This document shows, one piece after another, positions 49,565-63,375 of a stretch of DNA of 64,000 bases. This stretch comes from Chara braunii (lineage: Eukaryota; Plantae; Charophyceae), in NCBI GenBank assembly GCA_003427395.1, contig BFEA01000023.1, forward strand, positions 1,579,937 to 1,643,936, read 5' to 3'. Each line of letters starts with the position of its first letter. Position 1 is the first letter of the stretch. The notes under the pieces were generated by a model. The model saw only the letters and a program-made list of their open reading frames with translations. It was not told where the DNA came from and made no database searches. Made by a program: the position numbers and the translations under genes.

Positions 49565-51007
49565 TTTTTTTTTTTTTTTTTTTTTTTTTCAGCAACTCAT
49601 TTCTTCATTACAAATAACAGAAATTCAGAAGAGGCCGGGGACCTCACAGTTCTACCCGGGTTGCTGGAAAACAGGTCCAGCGTCCTATTCGGGTGACCAT
49701 TCTGGAAAACAGGTCCAGAGTCCTCAGAAAGAAAAACAAACTACCGGCTGGAAACCAGGTCCAGCGTCCTTTCTGAAGGAAGCATTTCTAATAGGCTTGG
49801 GCAAGTCCTTGCAGAATCAGACAAAGAGCACCCCTCTTGACAGTCTAGTGACTATCCCTGCTCAATCCTTTAACACAAGGGTTAGCTTTCTCCCTGTCGC
49901 TAATTCTAAAAGGACTTGCTTTCAAATAACAGACTGTTCATCCCACAGCAGTCTGGAAAAATAGACTTGGCCTGAAGCCAATGATCCTGCCCATCTAAAG
50001 GGCTGTTCCCACAATCTGAGACTCTTTTCCTTCCTTAGTTCTGCTAATATTAGCAGGCGAACCGAATATCGAAATTGGTTCCTGATACCAGTCTGAGAGG
50101 TAGGTTTAGAGCAAAGCCTTCTATCCCTACGTGCTAGCCAAAGGATCCAGAAAGCTATTGCCCGGAATTTGTAGGCCACAACCTTACCTTTCGTTGCTGT
50201 AGTAACTCCAGAGATCACAAATTGTTGAGTCCATAGGTTAGAATCCCCGTAAGCTCTAAACCATGTGTCTTGTAGCCATTCCCAGAAACCTCTGGCCACC
50301 ACACATTCCCACCATAGGTGTGCAGAGGATTCCACCCTTGGGTAGGGGCAATGGTCACAGAAGATACTTACCATCATGCCTTTTTCTGAACACCATTCTG
50401 CAGTGGGCACACATGAGTGCATATGCATCCACTGCAGCCCTCCCATCTTGATCTCTGTGATACCTGCGATCATCTGGCAATAGAAAGGTAACCACTTATC
50501 CACAAATGTTAAAAAAGGCATAGGATTAAAACGTTTATTCCACGACAGGCATGATTGTGCTTTCAGAGAGGGAGCTTTCAAGTGTAGCTTGTATCCCAAT
50601 TTTGGTCTGTAGTTGCTGATTGAAAATTTGGTGGGTGTTGACACCCCAGAATCCAACACCCATCCCACGTCGGATGAGTCTGGTCTGCTGTCCTCCAGTT
50701 GTGTTGCCTGATCGAGAACTTGTGTACTGGCGCTTGAAACAGAGGCACACCACTGCCGCATACAGTTTAGCAGTTGCTCTGCAGAACTCTGTGTTCCTTT
50801 TTCTCCTCTGTTGGGCTTGCTCCCACTACACAGCATAATTAATGTATCTGGACTGCAGAGGGGCCCAATACGTTCAAAGTGTTCGATCAGTTTAAATGCA
50901 TCTTGGGTGTGAAACAGCCCAGACATTTTTCCGAAATGTTGAGTAGTAGAGCAAGGCCCCATCTGTTTCCGTTTTCTTGTGTCTGTGGCTCCGTGGCTTC
51001 GGATCAC
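49565..51007 (-). mobile_element. 5'-truncated L1-clade LINE 3' end (zf-RVT region, 3'UTR, poly(A))
   Basis: ORF 49922-51007 contains CDHCPYPRVESSAHLWWEC and WILWLARRDR. Poly(T) at 49564-49589 on +. The 3'UTR holds three copies of the hairpin module. Confidence 0.85.
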
Positions 51008-52838
51008 ATATGGAAATCCAGGCGACGCTGGCCGGAGCCGGGGCGGGTCGCTTTGCCCTGTAGCCTAGCAGGTGGGGGTTTTCTGGGGTGGGTCATGCCA
51101 CTCTGTAACCTAGCAGTTGGGGGTGTGAGGCCTGGTAGAGATTGAGTATCAGGATATGGGGGGGAGGCAGATAGGTTTGGGTTGTTTAAAGCACTATGGC
51201 AGGTATTTTTTTAAATCTGAATGTTCCTATGATCCAAGGCTTGTTGGTTTGTTCATGGTTGCCAATGGGGTTCTTAGGAATGATTTAAGATTCTGGGGAC
51301 TCCTAGCAACTCATCTTAAATGGCTCCATTGCTGATATACTCAGTGATATGCGGCTGTTCGATGCCAGAACGACGCTGGCCGGTGCTGGGGTGCTGCCCT
51401 TTTTTTTTTTTTTTTTTAACAACAGCCCGAGTGAATGCTAGTGGTGCTGGTAAGAGCAGACATGTAACCTGCTGATGCAGGAGTGTGAGGCCTGGTAGAG
51501 AGATCTGGGGATGCTTTGGGGTGGCCATTCCAAGGGACAACCAAGGGTTGCTGCTGGGACGACGCTGGCCGGAGCTGGGGCGAGTCGTGTTGCCCTGTAA
51601 CCCAGCAGGGTGGGGGTGTGAGGCCTGGAAGAGCTCGGCAGGGAAATAAAAAGAAAGTGCTGGAGAGCTTTAGAAGGGTTGCTAGGGGATCCACAGGGTT
51701 TTGAGCATTTGTAGGACTTCTGTGGTGGCGTGTTTTGTTGTGGGCAGACCTTTTTTTCTGTGTTTTGTCGTAGTAATTTTCTAAGTTGTTCAAAATTCTC
51801 TCAAAGTTCTCTTAGCCAAAGCCGGGTAATGGCCCCGGTATCTCAAACTTTCAAAATTCGATGTAAATTTCCATATGGGACGCTGGGCCCGGTTCCCAGC
51901 ACGTGCTGCTCCCCACGAATAGATTGAAGCCTTGTCCCAAAATTCGATGTAAGTTTCCATATGGGACGCTGGGCCCGGTTCCCAGCAGGTTTTGTCGCCT
52001 CCCCATCTTTTAAGCAGGGACGATTCATCGGGCCTCACCACACCACTGTCGAAACGTACTGATTTAGCTAAATAGGATGCGGACCCTGGTTTTGCCGATG
52101 TGGTTATTAAAGAATGTTTAAACTTTAAACACAAGTATAGTTTATTCAAGTTTGTGTTCAAGTGTGTCTGGAGCTTCAAAATGGTGTGATGGAATGATAA
52201 ATAGTTTGAATGCTGATCAATTGCAATCTCCGAATCAAAATTACGTACGTTCAGTGGGAGAAATGAGTGTATCCCAAGTGATCAAAAGAAAGGCACTAGA
52301 AAACAACTCCATAAGTGCTGGATGTGCTCTTACGTTCTTGCGAATGCCTCTACTATGTAACATTACGTTACATCAATTGGACAAATACATTTTTTTATTT
52401 TTTATTTTATAAGAAAATTACCCTGGGATATTGCTAGGGGAGCTGATATGAGCAGACTTCCCTAGCATTCCCTGGGAAGCTCCATCTATTAGTGGGGAGC
52501 AGCACCTGCTGGAAAGCGGGTCCAGCGTCCCACACATTGAGAATTCAGAAATTCTTGAATATATAAGACCCTAAAGGAACATACGACAAGCACAAAGTGG
52601 CAGACGCGACCTTTCGACGTCTTAGCTATGTGCGATACGCACTCCCCACCAATAGATGGAGATATTTTTCTTCAAAAAAAAAAAAAAAAAAAAAAAAAAG
52701 AGATAGGCATTACCGGCCCTCTTCCTGACGCAATTGAGATACGTGATCTTATATCAACCTTTCTAAATACGCTTCCAAAACCCATAACCAAATTCTAGCA
52801 AATGTATTTAGGTCCACCATTGTAAAACACAGCAGATG

Positions 52839-52876
52839 CTGTCTCTTATACACATCTAGATGTGTATAAGAGACAG
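52839..52876. other. Nextera mate-pair junction adapter (assembly artefact)
   Basis: Exact 38-bp junction sequence. Confidence 0.98.
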
Positions 52877-54365
52877 GTGTTGAAGTACAGGAAGAGCACG
52901 TTTCCCAATCTTTCCACCGAGATGATTCTCCAGCGGAGCGTACTACGACTCCGGGCCTCGTTCCACACCACCTAAATGGATAAGGTTCATTGAACCTTAT
53001 CCATTTTCGTTTCTTTAACGGTTGCTCTGTGGGTGCTGACCGCGATGCAGACATTTCACCAGACGGTTCAAGACATCTCCTTTTGCACGTCTTTTTTTTT
53101 TTTTTTTTTTTTTTTCATATCTGACTGCCAATTGGAATTTAGAATTTCAAGCGCCGCTCGGAATTTGGAACCATCACGCAATCAAGGGTCAGCAGTTATG
53201 ATAGATTGGGTGGGAGCACGTGCTTGTCCTTTCCCCGAGAAACAGTTAAAGAAGGAAGAAGGTGGGTGGGGGGGAGGGAGAGAAAAGAAGCACAGCAAAC
53301 GATGACGTTCGCGTACTCAGCAAGGTTTTGTCACTCCTTTCTTTTTCGAAAAGGAAGATGAGGGCACCAAAAAAAAGAAAGAAAAAGAATCGTAGATGCA
53401 ACGTCATGAAACAGTGTTCAAAACTCAAATGATTCACTTCTTGCCAAACATGCAAAGATGTGTGCCATGCACTGCCTTCCATTCAGCCAACGAGTACATC
53501 GAGTAGTGATGGTAAAATATATTATACGTGTGTTATCATTTGCGCACAGTACATACTAGATGTTCATCATATGTACATTTGCGTTACCAAAAAAAAACCG
53601 TTTCGCCCGGGTCACCTGGAGGGAGATCCCACCAGCCAGGTATGTGGATTAGTGTGACGGGTGGGGGACGGGTGGGGGACGGGTGGGGGACAGGTGGGTG
53701 GCAGCGTGAAATAGGGAAAATAAACGTAAAAAAACAAATGCAAGAGTAACTCCATACACCATTTGCTGTAGGTGAGGGGATCGAACCCTCCCAAACACCT
53801 CCCAAAAAATAAGGGGGCACATGCATGTCAAAGGAAGAGGACAAAAGCATTGCCCATGTGAAACATTTGCGGGGACTATAGACAACTTGGACGAGGGTCT
53901 GACACGGACTAACATTCCCTCATGATGGGAAACACCGAAAAATTTTGTTTTCGGCCTCTCTTCCACGCATGGGCCACAACCCAAAGATGAGTGAAAGGTG
54001 AGTGAAAAGCAACACAAAAAAAAATGGGTCTGATTTTCACTCACGTTCGGGACCCCCAGAGGAACACGGCAAGCAAAACAAAAGAAAGACCACCCAATGG
54101 GATGCTCCAAAAAAACATATATTTTCGAGGGCTAAAATACAGGAAAAACAAAACCACCGATCCCCATTCCCATCGACGGCGGAGGCGGGTCACACGCCCT
54201 CTACACTACTCCACATACAATGCTAGTGGGATCTCCCTCCTGGTGGACCGGGCGGCCTGGCCGAGCAAGGCCTAGGGAAGGTCCCCGCAAAGAAAAAGGG
54301 AAAACAAAAAAGGGAAAACAAAAATGGGAAAACAAAAGTGGGGAGCAAGGTTGACTTGTCACCAG

Positions 54366-54398
<33 letters not shown>

Positions 54399-55062
54399 CA
54401 CAAAAACACTTGCTCCTTTCTATTCGTGGGGAGCTGCGCATGTTGGGAACCGGGGAACGGGGCCCAACGTCCCTTATAAACTCAATTTTGAGGCCGGGGT
54501 CCTCACAGTCTACTAGGGGGCTGGGAGCATTACCCAGTGTCACTTAAGAGTCAGCGCCCGAGGGAACCAACCCCTGAACACAACGATCAGACGATACAGA
54601 ACGACAAACGAGCTTCGTGCCCCTAAGGCACTAAGGGGCGCCGGAACTGAGTTGCAACGGAACCAATGACGGTCTATCCAAACCCCGACAACCCCTTTCT
54701 ACTGCCCTCCTACTGCGAGCGCCCAGGTAATTCACAATTCACTCAGCATCCAATCATTCAAAACCAGCTTACCATCATTAACTTCTGCCAGAGTTCCTCT
54801 GGCAGCCCAGGTTTCTGCAAACCAAATCAGTCCACTGAGCTTCTGTTTGGCACATGTAAACCTTCATCTCCAATGCTTGTCACCAATCCATAAGACTGGA
54901 CACCAAATGAACCAACAGCAAAAATCGAAACTTGAAAAAAAATGGATCAAAGGGGCCTAAAACCCGGAGGCAAAAGTGTGTTTTCATGCGAAATTCGCTC
55001 TTTCACTTGTCAGCTATGTTACCAGACTGGCATGAGACCACTTGCCCGGCCGGGCCAAAAAT

Positions 55063-55553
<491 letters not shown>

Positions 55554-56697
55554 GGTTACCTGACCGAACGTTCGGGCGTTCGGGGGCCGAACACCTCCAG
55601 GTTCGGCCCCCGCCAAAAACATTTTCGGGACCAAAAATAAGTTTTTTTTTTCATGATTTTTTTTTGTGAGTTCTCTATGTTGTAACCTACACGCCTATAA
55701 ATTTTGAAGCCATTCTGCTTAGCCAAAAAAACATTAAAAATCGTCAAAGATGGGGGTGTCAAAACGTGCTCGCCGGGGGACCTCGCGCTCGCCGACCGAT
55801 GCGCTATGCGCTATTGAATTAGTGCAACTTTTGCGTTAACTTCCGGAATGATCCTAGAGCCTATGGTACGGTGCTCCGTACTATCACGCGAAGGAACCTT
55901 CCGGGTTAACCCTAAAACTTTGCGGCAATTACAGGTAGCATAGCGACGCGGGCATGGTGACTGAGGTGTGCGAGAGAGACGGTGGTGGTAAAAGATGATG
56001 GTGAGACCGTCTGCCCTACTAGTGGTGCTAGATTGAAGATCTTTGGGAAACTCGTTGCAACTCAAGTCCTTGAGTGGATTGAGGAACGGTTGCGTTCATA
56101 AAACGAGCTACACTAGTAGCTCCTATTTCAACTATTTTGCCGTGAATATCTTGAAGGATCCAAGAACTTGAAGACCAGAGGAGCGCCCCCCCCGGGGAAG
56201 GACCTTGGGGCGGGCTCCTCTCACGGGCTATCGATGTTGCTGTTACTGAAGAAATTATCATGGACTTGGCGCTGACATTAAGGTACTCAGCAGGAGCTTG
56301 CGATAAGGAGCTCAGGATGTCACTTTTGCTCACGTACAAGGCGCATGTTCATCGGCCTTAAGGCGGGAGGTATAACTCTGTCACGATTCGTCTAGTGCTA
56401 CTCTCCTCTGACTAATTGTGGTTGGACTCCCAACCTTCTCAATAGGCATAGTCAATACAGGCTGTGTGTATGCTTGGTTATTGTTGTAGAAGGCAACAGT
56501 TACTTACCACCCCCAAGGCTCCAGTTGCCTGTTTTTCGATTGGATTGAGAATAGTTCAAACTGCGTGGCGCTGGGTCGGCAACTGCTTAGGAGTGGTAAG
56601 CACTGCGTAGATTCAGGCCTTTCCGAGTTCGGTAATTTCGAAAATAGAATTGGGTCTAGATCTATGGTGTAAGTGGATGACAGTCAGACACTAGGGA

Positions 56698-59158
56698 TGG
56701 CAACTAGTAACGTTGAAACACCATCGGCTGAGTCGGATAAGGCCAGGACCGTGAAAATTATCGAGGAATGTTATAGATCGGGGGTTTTGCCGACAGGACT
56801 CATCCCAGATGATCAAAGTCGGGGCGAGAGATGGGACGACTGTGTGAGGATCAAAGTGGATTCATCCTTCTTTGATACACATAAGGATTGGTTGTCGAAA
56901 CACTATGTTTTTTGGGGAAAAGAGCGATTCGCTGCCAGTCAAAATAAAGAAGAGTCTGGTTCGCATGTATGAGGATAAGTGGATTGGTCAACCGATGCTG
57001 GGTCCGGAGCCCAAGCGAGGATTATTTCACAATGAGGGACGTAATTTGGTCACATACATCCCAAGCACGGACGCGGTGGCAGCTTGGCTCCGTCAGAAGC
57101 AAAAGGATGAAATCAGTTTGGATGGAGTCTAATATACTCTTTACTTTAGACCGTGGATGTCTGAGATGGAACTGCAGGAATGGAGAGAAACAATGCGATA
57201 TAATTTTTTCTGGATTAGGGTTCTGCAGATTCCGATAGGAGCAATGCCGCTAGTGTACGATGCGGTCAAATTGGCCTTCGGACGGATCCTCAAAGTGGGC
57301 CAAACTTCAGCAAGCCCTGAAGAACCTGAACTCTTTAATATTCGCTTTGACATGAAACCTGCAGCAGAGGAACGATTTACTCCGTACATTGCGATTCATT
57401 TTCCGGACGATCTGGGCTCAATTGACTTAGAAGTAATAAACCAATACACCGAATGGTGTAGTACATGTCGGGGGTATTACCACACTGAACGCGATCTTGA
57501 TTGTCCGGCAAAAATAAGAAGAAATCAACCCTGGCAATGCAATGGGCACAAACAATCGAATTACGAAACCCCCAGGGCCTCCCCCCCCCCTCAACCTTCN
57601 CAANGAAANAGGGGGGGGGGGGGGGGGGGAGGGAAAGGGCGGGCGATCCCGACCCCAACCCATAATCCTCCTCTCGCAGGGCAGACGCAAAACACATAGG
57701 CACAAGGAGCGAATGGGGTTGTAGGTTTGCAGCGGCAACAGCAAACGCAGCCACAATTGCAGTCGAGCCAGCAGCCCTCCGCAAGCACTGGCCAACAGGG
57801 AGCATGGGTTCGGGCGCTTAATTCCGGGGTGGCAAACAGCACTCACTCACTCACACGCTCAAGTTCACCAGACTGGGGCGGCCCCTCCACCATCAGTGGG
57901 GGCCTCGGCACGAGGAACAAGAACACTTCAGAATCTCCAGACCCGAACTAATCCACTTGGGGTTTTTTACTCGTTGCCCCCTCAGTTGTTTACCACTGTC
58001 CATGACAAACCTGCTTTCTCTCCAGCTCCACACCTCTGCAGTGTTCAGACAGAGAAGATCACCACAGTTCCCTTAAACATAAACCAAAATGGGTTGGACA
58101 CCTCGGCTCCGACAGACACTCTGTTAATTACAGCTGGCTTGGGGGAGGACCGTAGTACCAACATGGAAGAGGGGGACATACCTCCTCCACATCAGAATGC
58201 TTCACGACCTGCCCCACTTTTGGACCCCTTATTGTCAGTTCCTCTGAGATCGGAAGATTCGCAACCAGAGGCGGGGAGCCCGCAGAACCAAGTAGGCGAT
58301 GGCAAGACATGTGAGACACCAATGAAGAAGTCACGTACGGGACAAGGATCCTCGGTGCGCTCTCCAAGGACTCCTGGTCCGGGGAAAATGGCTTCGGAGA
58401 TGGCTGTGGACGGGAATAATTCAGACAAGGGATCGAGAAAGACCCTAACTAAAAGCAAACCTAAGGTAGCTCGATCTCTTTCCTCTGCTATGCCAATAAC
58501 AACAGCATCTCGGGGGGAGAAATCCAAAACAGAAGATTATCTGATTCCATTGATTTGTGTCCCCTCAGCGAATGGTCCCATGGTTTTGTCTTTCTCACCA
58601 TCTGACGGTATATTAGATATGGCTGCAGTGAGGGTCGAAGGACAACCCTCAGAATTGGACATTTTGGCGCACACGCATAAGATATTAAAAGGAAGTTGTT
58701 ACGCTCGTGTTCTCCCTGAACCCAAAGTAAGCCGGTACATGTTTGACTAGGTTTCTTGAAGGCGCTCCTGCAAAGCCTGTATTTATTTTGCTTTCTTGAA
58801 CATTCACGTAACAGGAGAGATAGGGGAAAAGCTAAAAATGCTTAACCCCTATTGGATTCCGCTGGAGCAGTTTACCAGATCAGTTAATTCGATGCTGAAA
58901 AAGATCTATGTATCGGAAGGGATTTCAGGGCAAATCATTGCAGATTGGTTGAAACATGCTGATCTGAAAGAACACATCTTATCCCCGCAGTTTTCAGCTG
59001 TGATGTCAAGCCCTGAGGTTTTGACTCAGTTGGAAACTGGGGAGGATGATAACGACAAACGCAGGAAGCTTCCTGCGGGATCCCAGCGCCATATCCAAAC
59101 TACGGGTGGAGGAATCGGACAGACCAATAGTCTTGTCGTACCGCCTGAGAGTCGTTAG
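56698..59158 (+). pseudogene. LINE ORF1 (RRM-like region, CCHC knuckle, long disordered linker, C-terminal globular domain), disrupted
   Basis: Consecutive ORF fragments 56673-56972, 56872-57132, 57157-57699, 57727-57951, 57896-58750 and 58796-59158. 'FWIRVLQIP' motif and knuckle 'CSTCRGYYHTERDLDC'. Confidence 0.8.
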
Positions 59159-62100
59159 TTGAAATGTGAGAGGCCTAAATGATAGAAGTAGGAGATTGAG
59201 GTTTTCCTCTTGGGCCCATTCTCAGTCTGCCCACATTATATGCTTACAAGAAACCAAGTTGTCCGCTCTGCGGATTGCAGAATTAGGCAATTGGTGGTCA
59301 GACCGAGGTCTGTTTGCCCCAGCCGAAGGCACCAGAGGTGGGGTTGCAGTCCTATTTCATAAAGACCTTGATGTTGAGATTATAGATAGCTTCGCAAACA
59401 TCCATGGCAGATTCGCGTGGGCTAAAATTGCGGTTGGAAAGGAGGATTGGGGAATAATGTCTATTTATGCTCCTGTAGACTACTCAGAACGCTGTAATTT
59501 TTTTGCAGATTTACCTAGTCAACTCCCGGATACAAAGAATCTTCTGATAGCGGGAGACTGGAATACAATCATCACTCCTGGTTTGGACTCCCCACGCCTG
59601 GATCGTGTCCGAAACGATACTAGGATTCTAATGGAGTTTATGGAAACACAAACATTGATAGATGCCTTTAGGGAGATGAATCCGGATTCACCAAGCCACT
59701 CATGGTTTGGTCCGCAACCAGACAGGCACACCCCACCGCCGAGCCGCAAATTGGATTATATTCTAGTCCGTGGCACACCGTGGGATCGATGTATGTGGTC
59801 TGCCTCGCAAGTGTCTGATCAGTCTGACCAGTATCCCATCCTGTTGGACGTGATCTCAGGAGAGCAAGTACAAAGATTTAAAGAGACCTTCAGATTAAAT
59901 GTTTCCCATTTAAAAGATGAAGGTATCCTCACATGGATCAAGGACCAAGTGAAGAAATGGGACGGGGCCAAGCCGCTTTTTCAAGATTTCGAAGACTGGG
60001 TAGATACGGGGTATGACATTCTGCAGTCTGCATTGGATGTTTTCTCGCGGATTAAGGCAGGACAACGTAACCGAAAAGAAGAGGAACTAAAGAAAAAAAT
60101 AAGAGACGCAGAAGCCAGACTTGGCCTAGACCCCTATGGGGATCTGTATTGGGCAAAAATTAGGAAGGAGTTGCTAGTCCAGTTGGAAGAAACAGAAGTA
60201 CAGCGACATGCACAATGGCTTGACTGGCTAAAGATTCGGGGTATCAAAGGACAAGATAGAATGACGAAGGCTACCTTTCGCACGTTACTAATGCAGGGTA
60301 CCAAACCTCTCTTCAGAGAACTCTGTCATCCCTTCTCCCCGGATACCCCACCGACAGTTACCACCCCGGTTATGTGCTCATATGCGGCTGGATACTTCTC
60401 TGACATCTTGACCTTAACGAGGCCTGCTGATACCTTTGATTCAGACTTGTCGATATCCTCCTCTTTTTGGGACCGGACAACGGTGAGTTTGTCCAATTAT
60501 GGGAAGCTGGACCTGGACAGACCATTGACTAATGAAGAATTGTACCAAGCAGCGAAACAAATGGCTCCCGGTAAATGCCCAGGGCCTGATGGCCTTCCGG
60601 TCGAACTGTTTCTGGCCACATGGGAGGAACTTGGGCCAGTAGTAACCGAAACCAGCAACTATGCAGTAAACGAGGGTAGGCTTCCAAAAGGTCTGTTAAA
60701 AGGCATCATTTCGCTTCTCTATAAGAAAGGTGACAGGAAGGAAATTCGGAATTGGAGCCCCATCTCCTTGCTGAATGTAGCCTATAAAATCCTTGCTAAA
60801 GCTTTGGCGATTAGATTAGAACGCTACTTACCTATTTTGGTTGGTCCAGAACAAGGGGCCTTTGTAAAAGGTAAGTCGATATTCGAAAATATCTTAGCAA
60901 CGATACAGGCATTGGAGGTGATCCGCATGGAGAAAAGAGAAGTAGCCGTCCTCCTTTTAGACATGGAGAAGGCCTACGATAAAGTAGGCTGGGCCTTTGT
61001 TGCTACAACATTGTCACACATGGGCTTTGGATCGGTATTTTGTAAATTAGTCAAAGCCATGTATTCGCGAGCCACGGCAGTGGTTAACGTGAATGGACAT
61101 CTTTCCGGGGCACTTAATTTAACTCGGTCCCTCCGGCAAGGATGTCCCTGGCGCCCTTGCTCTTTGTCTTACAACTTGAAGTCTTGGTGGGCAACATTCG
61201 GTTTAATGAATCAATACGAGGTCTGAGCATTTCCCCCTCCTTTGAATGGAAGGGGGGGGGGCATCGCGGATGACATTACAATAGCTTGTGAGAACTCAGT
61301 GGAATCGGCAGGCGAGTTGAGAGCAGTCTTGGATAATTATTGTACCCTCTCAGAAGCGTCTATTAACTGGGACAAATCCGTAGTCATTCTTCCAGAACCG
61401 TTCACCTTTGTGGAAGATTGGGGCATGAAGTCCCTGCCTGCAGGAGCTTCGGAAAGACTGCTTGGAGTCCAAGTAGCAACGTTCAACTGTGCAAACATTC
61501 AGGACAATCTGCTGGAAAAGAAGGTGGTGGAAAAGATTGGCAAATGGGCAAAAGGTAAATTCTTATCTCTATTTGGTCGTGCTTTGGTTCTGTCAGCTGC
61601 AGCATTTTCCACTTTGTGGTTTTTGCTTGCTGTTCATCTATTGGGGGACGCAGCATACGCCACTATTAGAAGATGTGCAGCAAAATTCCTTTGGAGACCT
61701 GAGGCTACTGAGGATCAGGGTTTTGTATCTAAGGTTGCATGGGAAACAGTAGCAACCCCTAAGAAACAGGGAGGCCTGGGCCTGTTGGACCCAAAACAAA
61801 CAGAACCTGGCACTACTCGCCAAATGACCAGTGTTAGCCATTAATGCACATAGTCCGAGGGCCTGGATACTACTGGCAGAAAATCTATTGGGATCTGAAT
61901 GGGGATTTTGTGATCATTCGGATATTTGGTCCTGTATCTACCTGCCATCTTTTACCCAACGGAAGCCTAAGTCTACTGTGTGGCGTCATATTTTACATGC
62001 TTGGAATAAGCTTCGCCCAACAACCTTTAGAGAACCTACTACTCGGCTGGAAATATTGAACCAACCAATCTTTGACAACCCTCGTATCACCCATCCCGAC

Positions 62101-63375
62101 GGGACTGCCTTTTCAGCGGCAGATTCCCCGGGTAGCTTCGGTAAAGCTTGGGTGGTTAGGGGAGTAATACAGTTAAAAGACCTGTGGGATGCCTCTATGC
62201 AGGATTGGATCTCACAGGAGGCGCTTCGCAGGAAACTCCCCAGACTGCACAGAGTAGAAACCAATTACGATGCATTAAAGAGAGCCATTCCTGCGGCATG
62301 GACTGAAGCCTTCATCCAACACGACATCCAGCCATTGACACATGGTTTGCCTCCCCAACGAGCTCTACAGAGTTCTGGCGAGTAAGAGGACCTGGCTCTC
62401 CAGCCGGCACCAAGGTTCAAATCTGGGCCCGGCAAGCTAATTCGAAAACAGATGACTTGCTAGAACTCAAAGGGGAGGACCTTGTCAACTTGGAGGAAGA
62501 CTTAACGGAAGTCAGGGTTTGGGTTACCACCCAGAAAAGCGGCAAGGAGATCTGCAGTGGAGTCCAGCCTGCTGCTAGTTTTAAAGTGGAACCCCTTCTG
62601 TTTGGATGGGAAGGCGTAGGAAAGACCGGGGAATTTACCCCAATGGGTCACTACAACACTAAGATTGGCAGAGAAATCCAACTCAAAAAGGGTACTAAAC
62701 CCCCGCTGACGGTAGCAATTCAAAGGTGGAGAGACTTCCCAGGGCGAACCAATAACAGAGGAGAAGTTACTGAGATTTTGGAGACTAGTTCAAAAGCTAC
62801 CAGATCAAAAAGCAGCTAGCCTCTTGTGGCTCCAATCAATGTTGTCAATACCATCAGCAGTCTGGCTTTCTGCCAAAGGTATGGATATTGCTTCAACTTG
62901 CCCTCGCTGTAATTGGGCCTGGGAAACTACCTCCCATTTGTGGATTGATTGTCCAGAATCACTCTTGGTCTGGCAATGGTGGAGGAAGCACTGGTCAAAC
63001 CTAAGGGGATCCAGCATTACCTGGTCGGACTCTTGGATCCGCTCTGGATGTAGTAACCTAGTAATGACATACGAGTCAGGGTGGGGCTATATAGCACAGG
63101 TATGTAGAGGAGTCATTATGGGAGTTATCTGGCAAGCACGAAATCAAAAGCTTTTCAATGGCAAGGTTTCTCACTCGGATGAGCTGAAAGGGGCAATCAA
63201 GTCGCAGTTAAGGCTTATCATTCTGGCAGATTCACAAAGAAAAGGCCATTTATGGTTCCTTTGTACGTGGGCTGACAATGGACAGTTGGCTACTATTTCT
63301 TCGGAAGGGCAGGAAAAGATTTGTTCGTGGTTACTTCCGCAGCCTACGAGGCGTATTGACTATAGGAAGGAATAG
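59046..63375 (+). pseudogene. LINE ORF2 (APE endonuclease, reverse transcriptase, zf-RVT), disrupted
   Basis: EN motifs S*NVRGLN, CLQET, IYAP, GDWN, LDYIL. RT motifs PGPDG, PISLLNVAYKILAK, LDMEKAYDKV, RQGCP, IADD. C-terminal CPRC...ETTSHLWIDC. In-frame ATG at 59046 overlaps ORF1; TGA at 59160 (expected TGG); frameshifts near 61150, 61800, 62340 and 62800. Confidence 0.95.
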
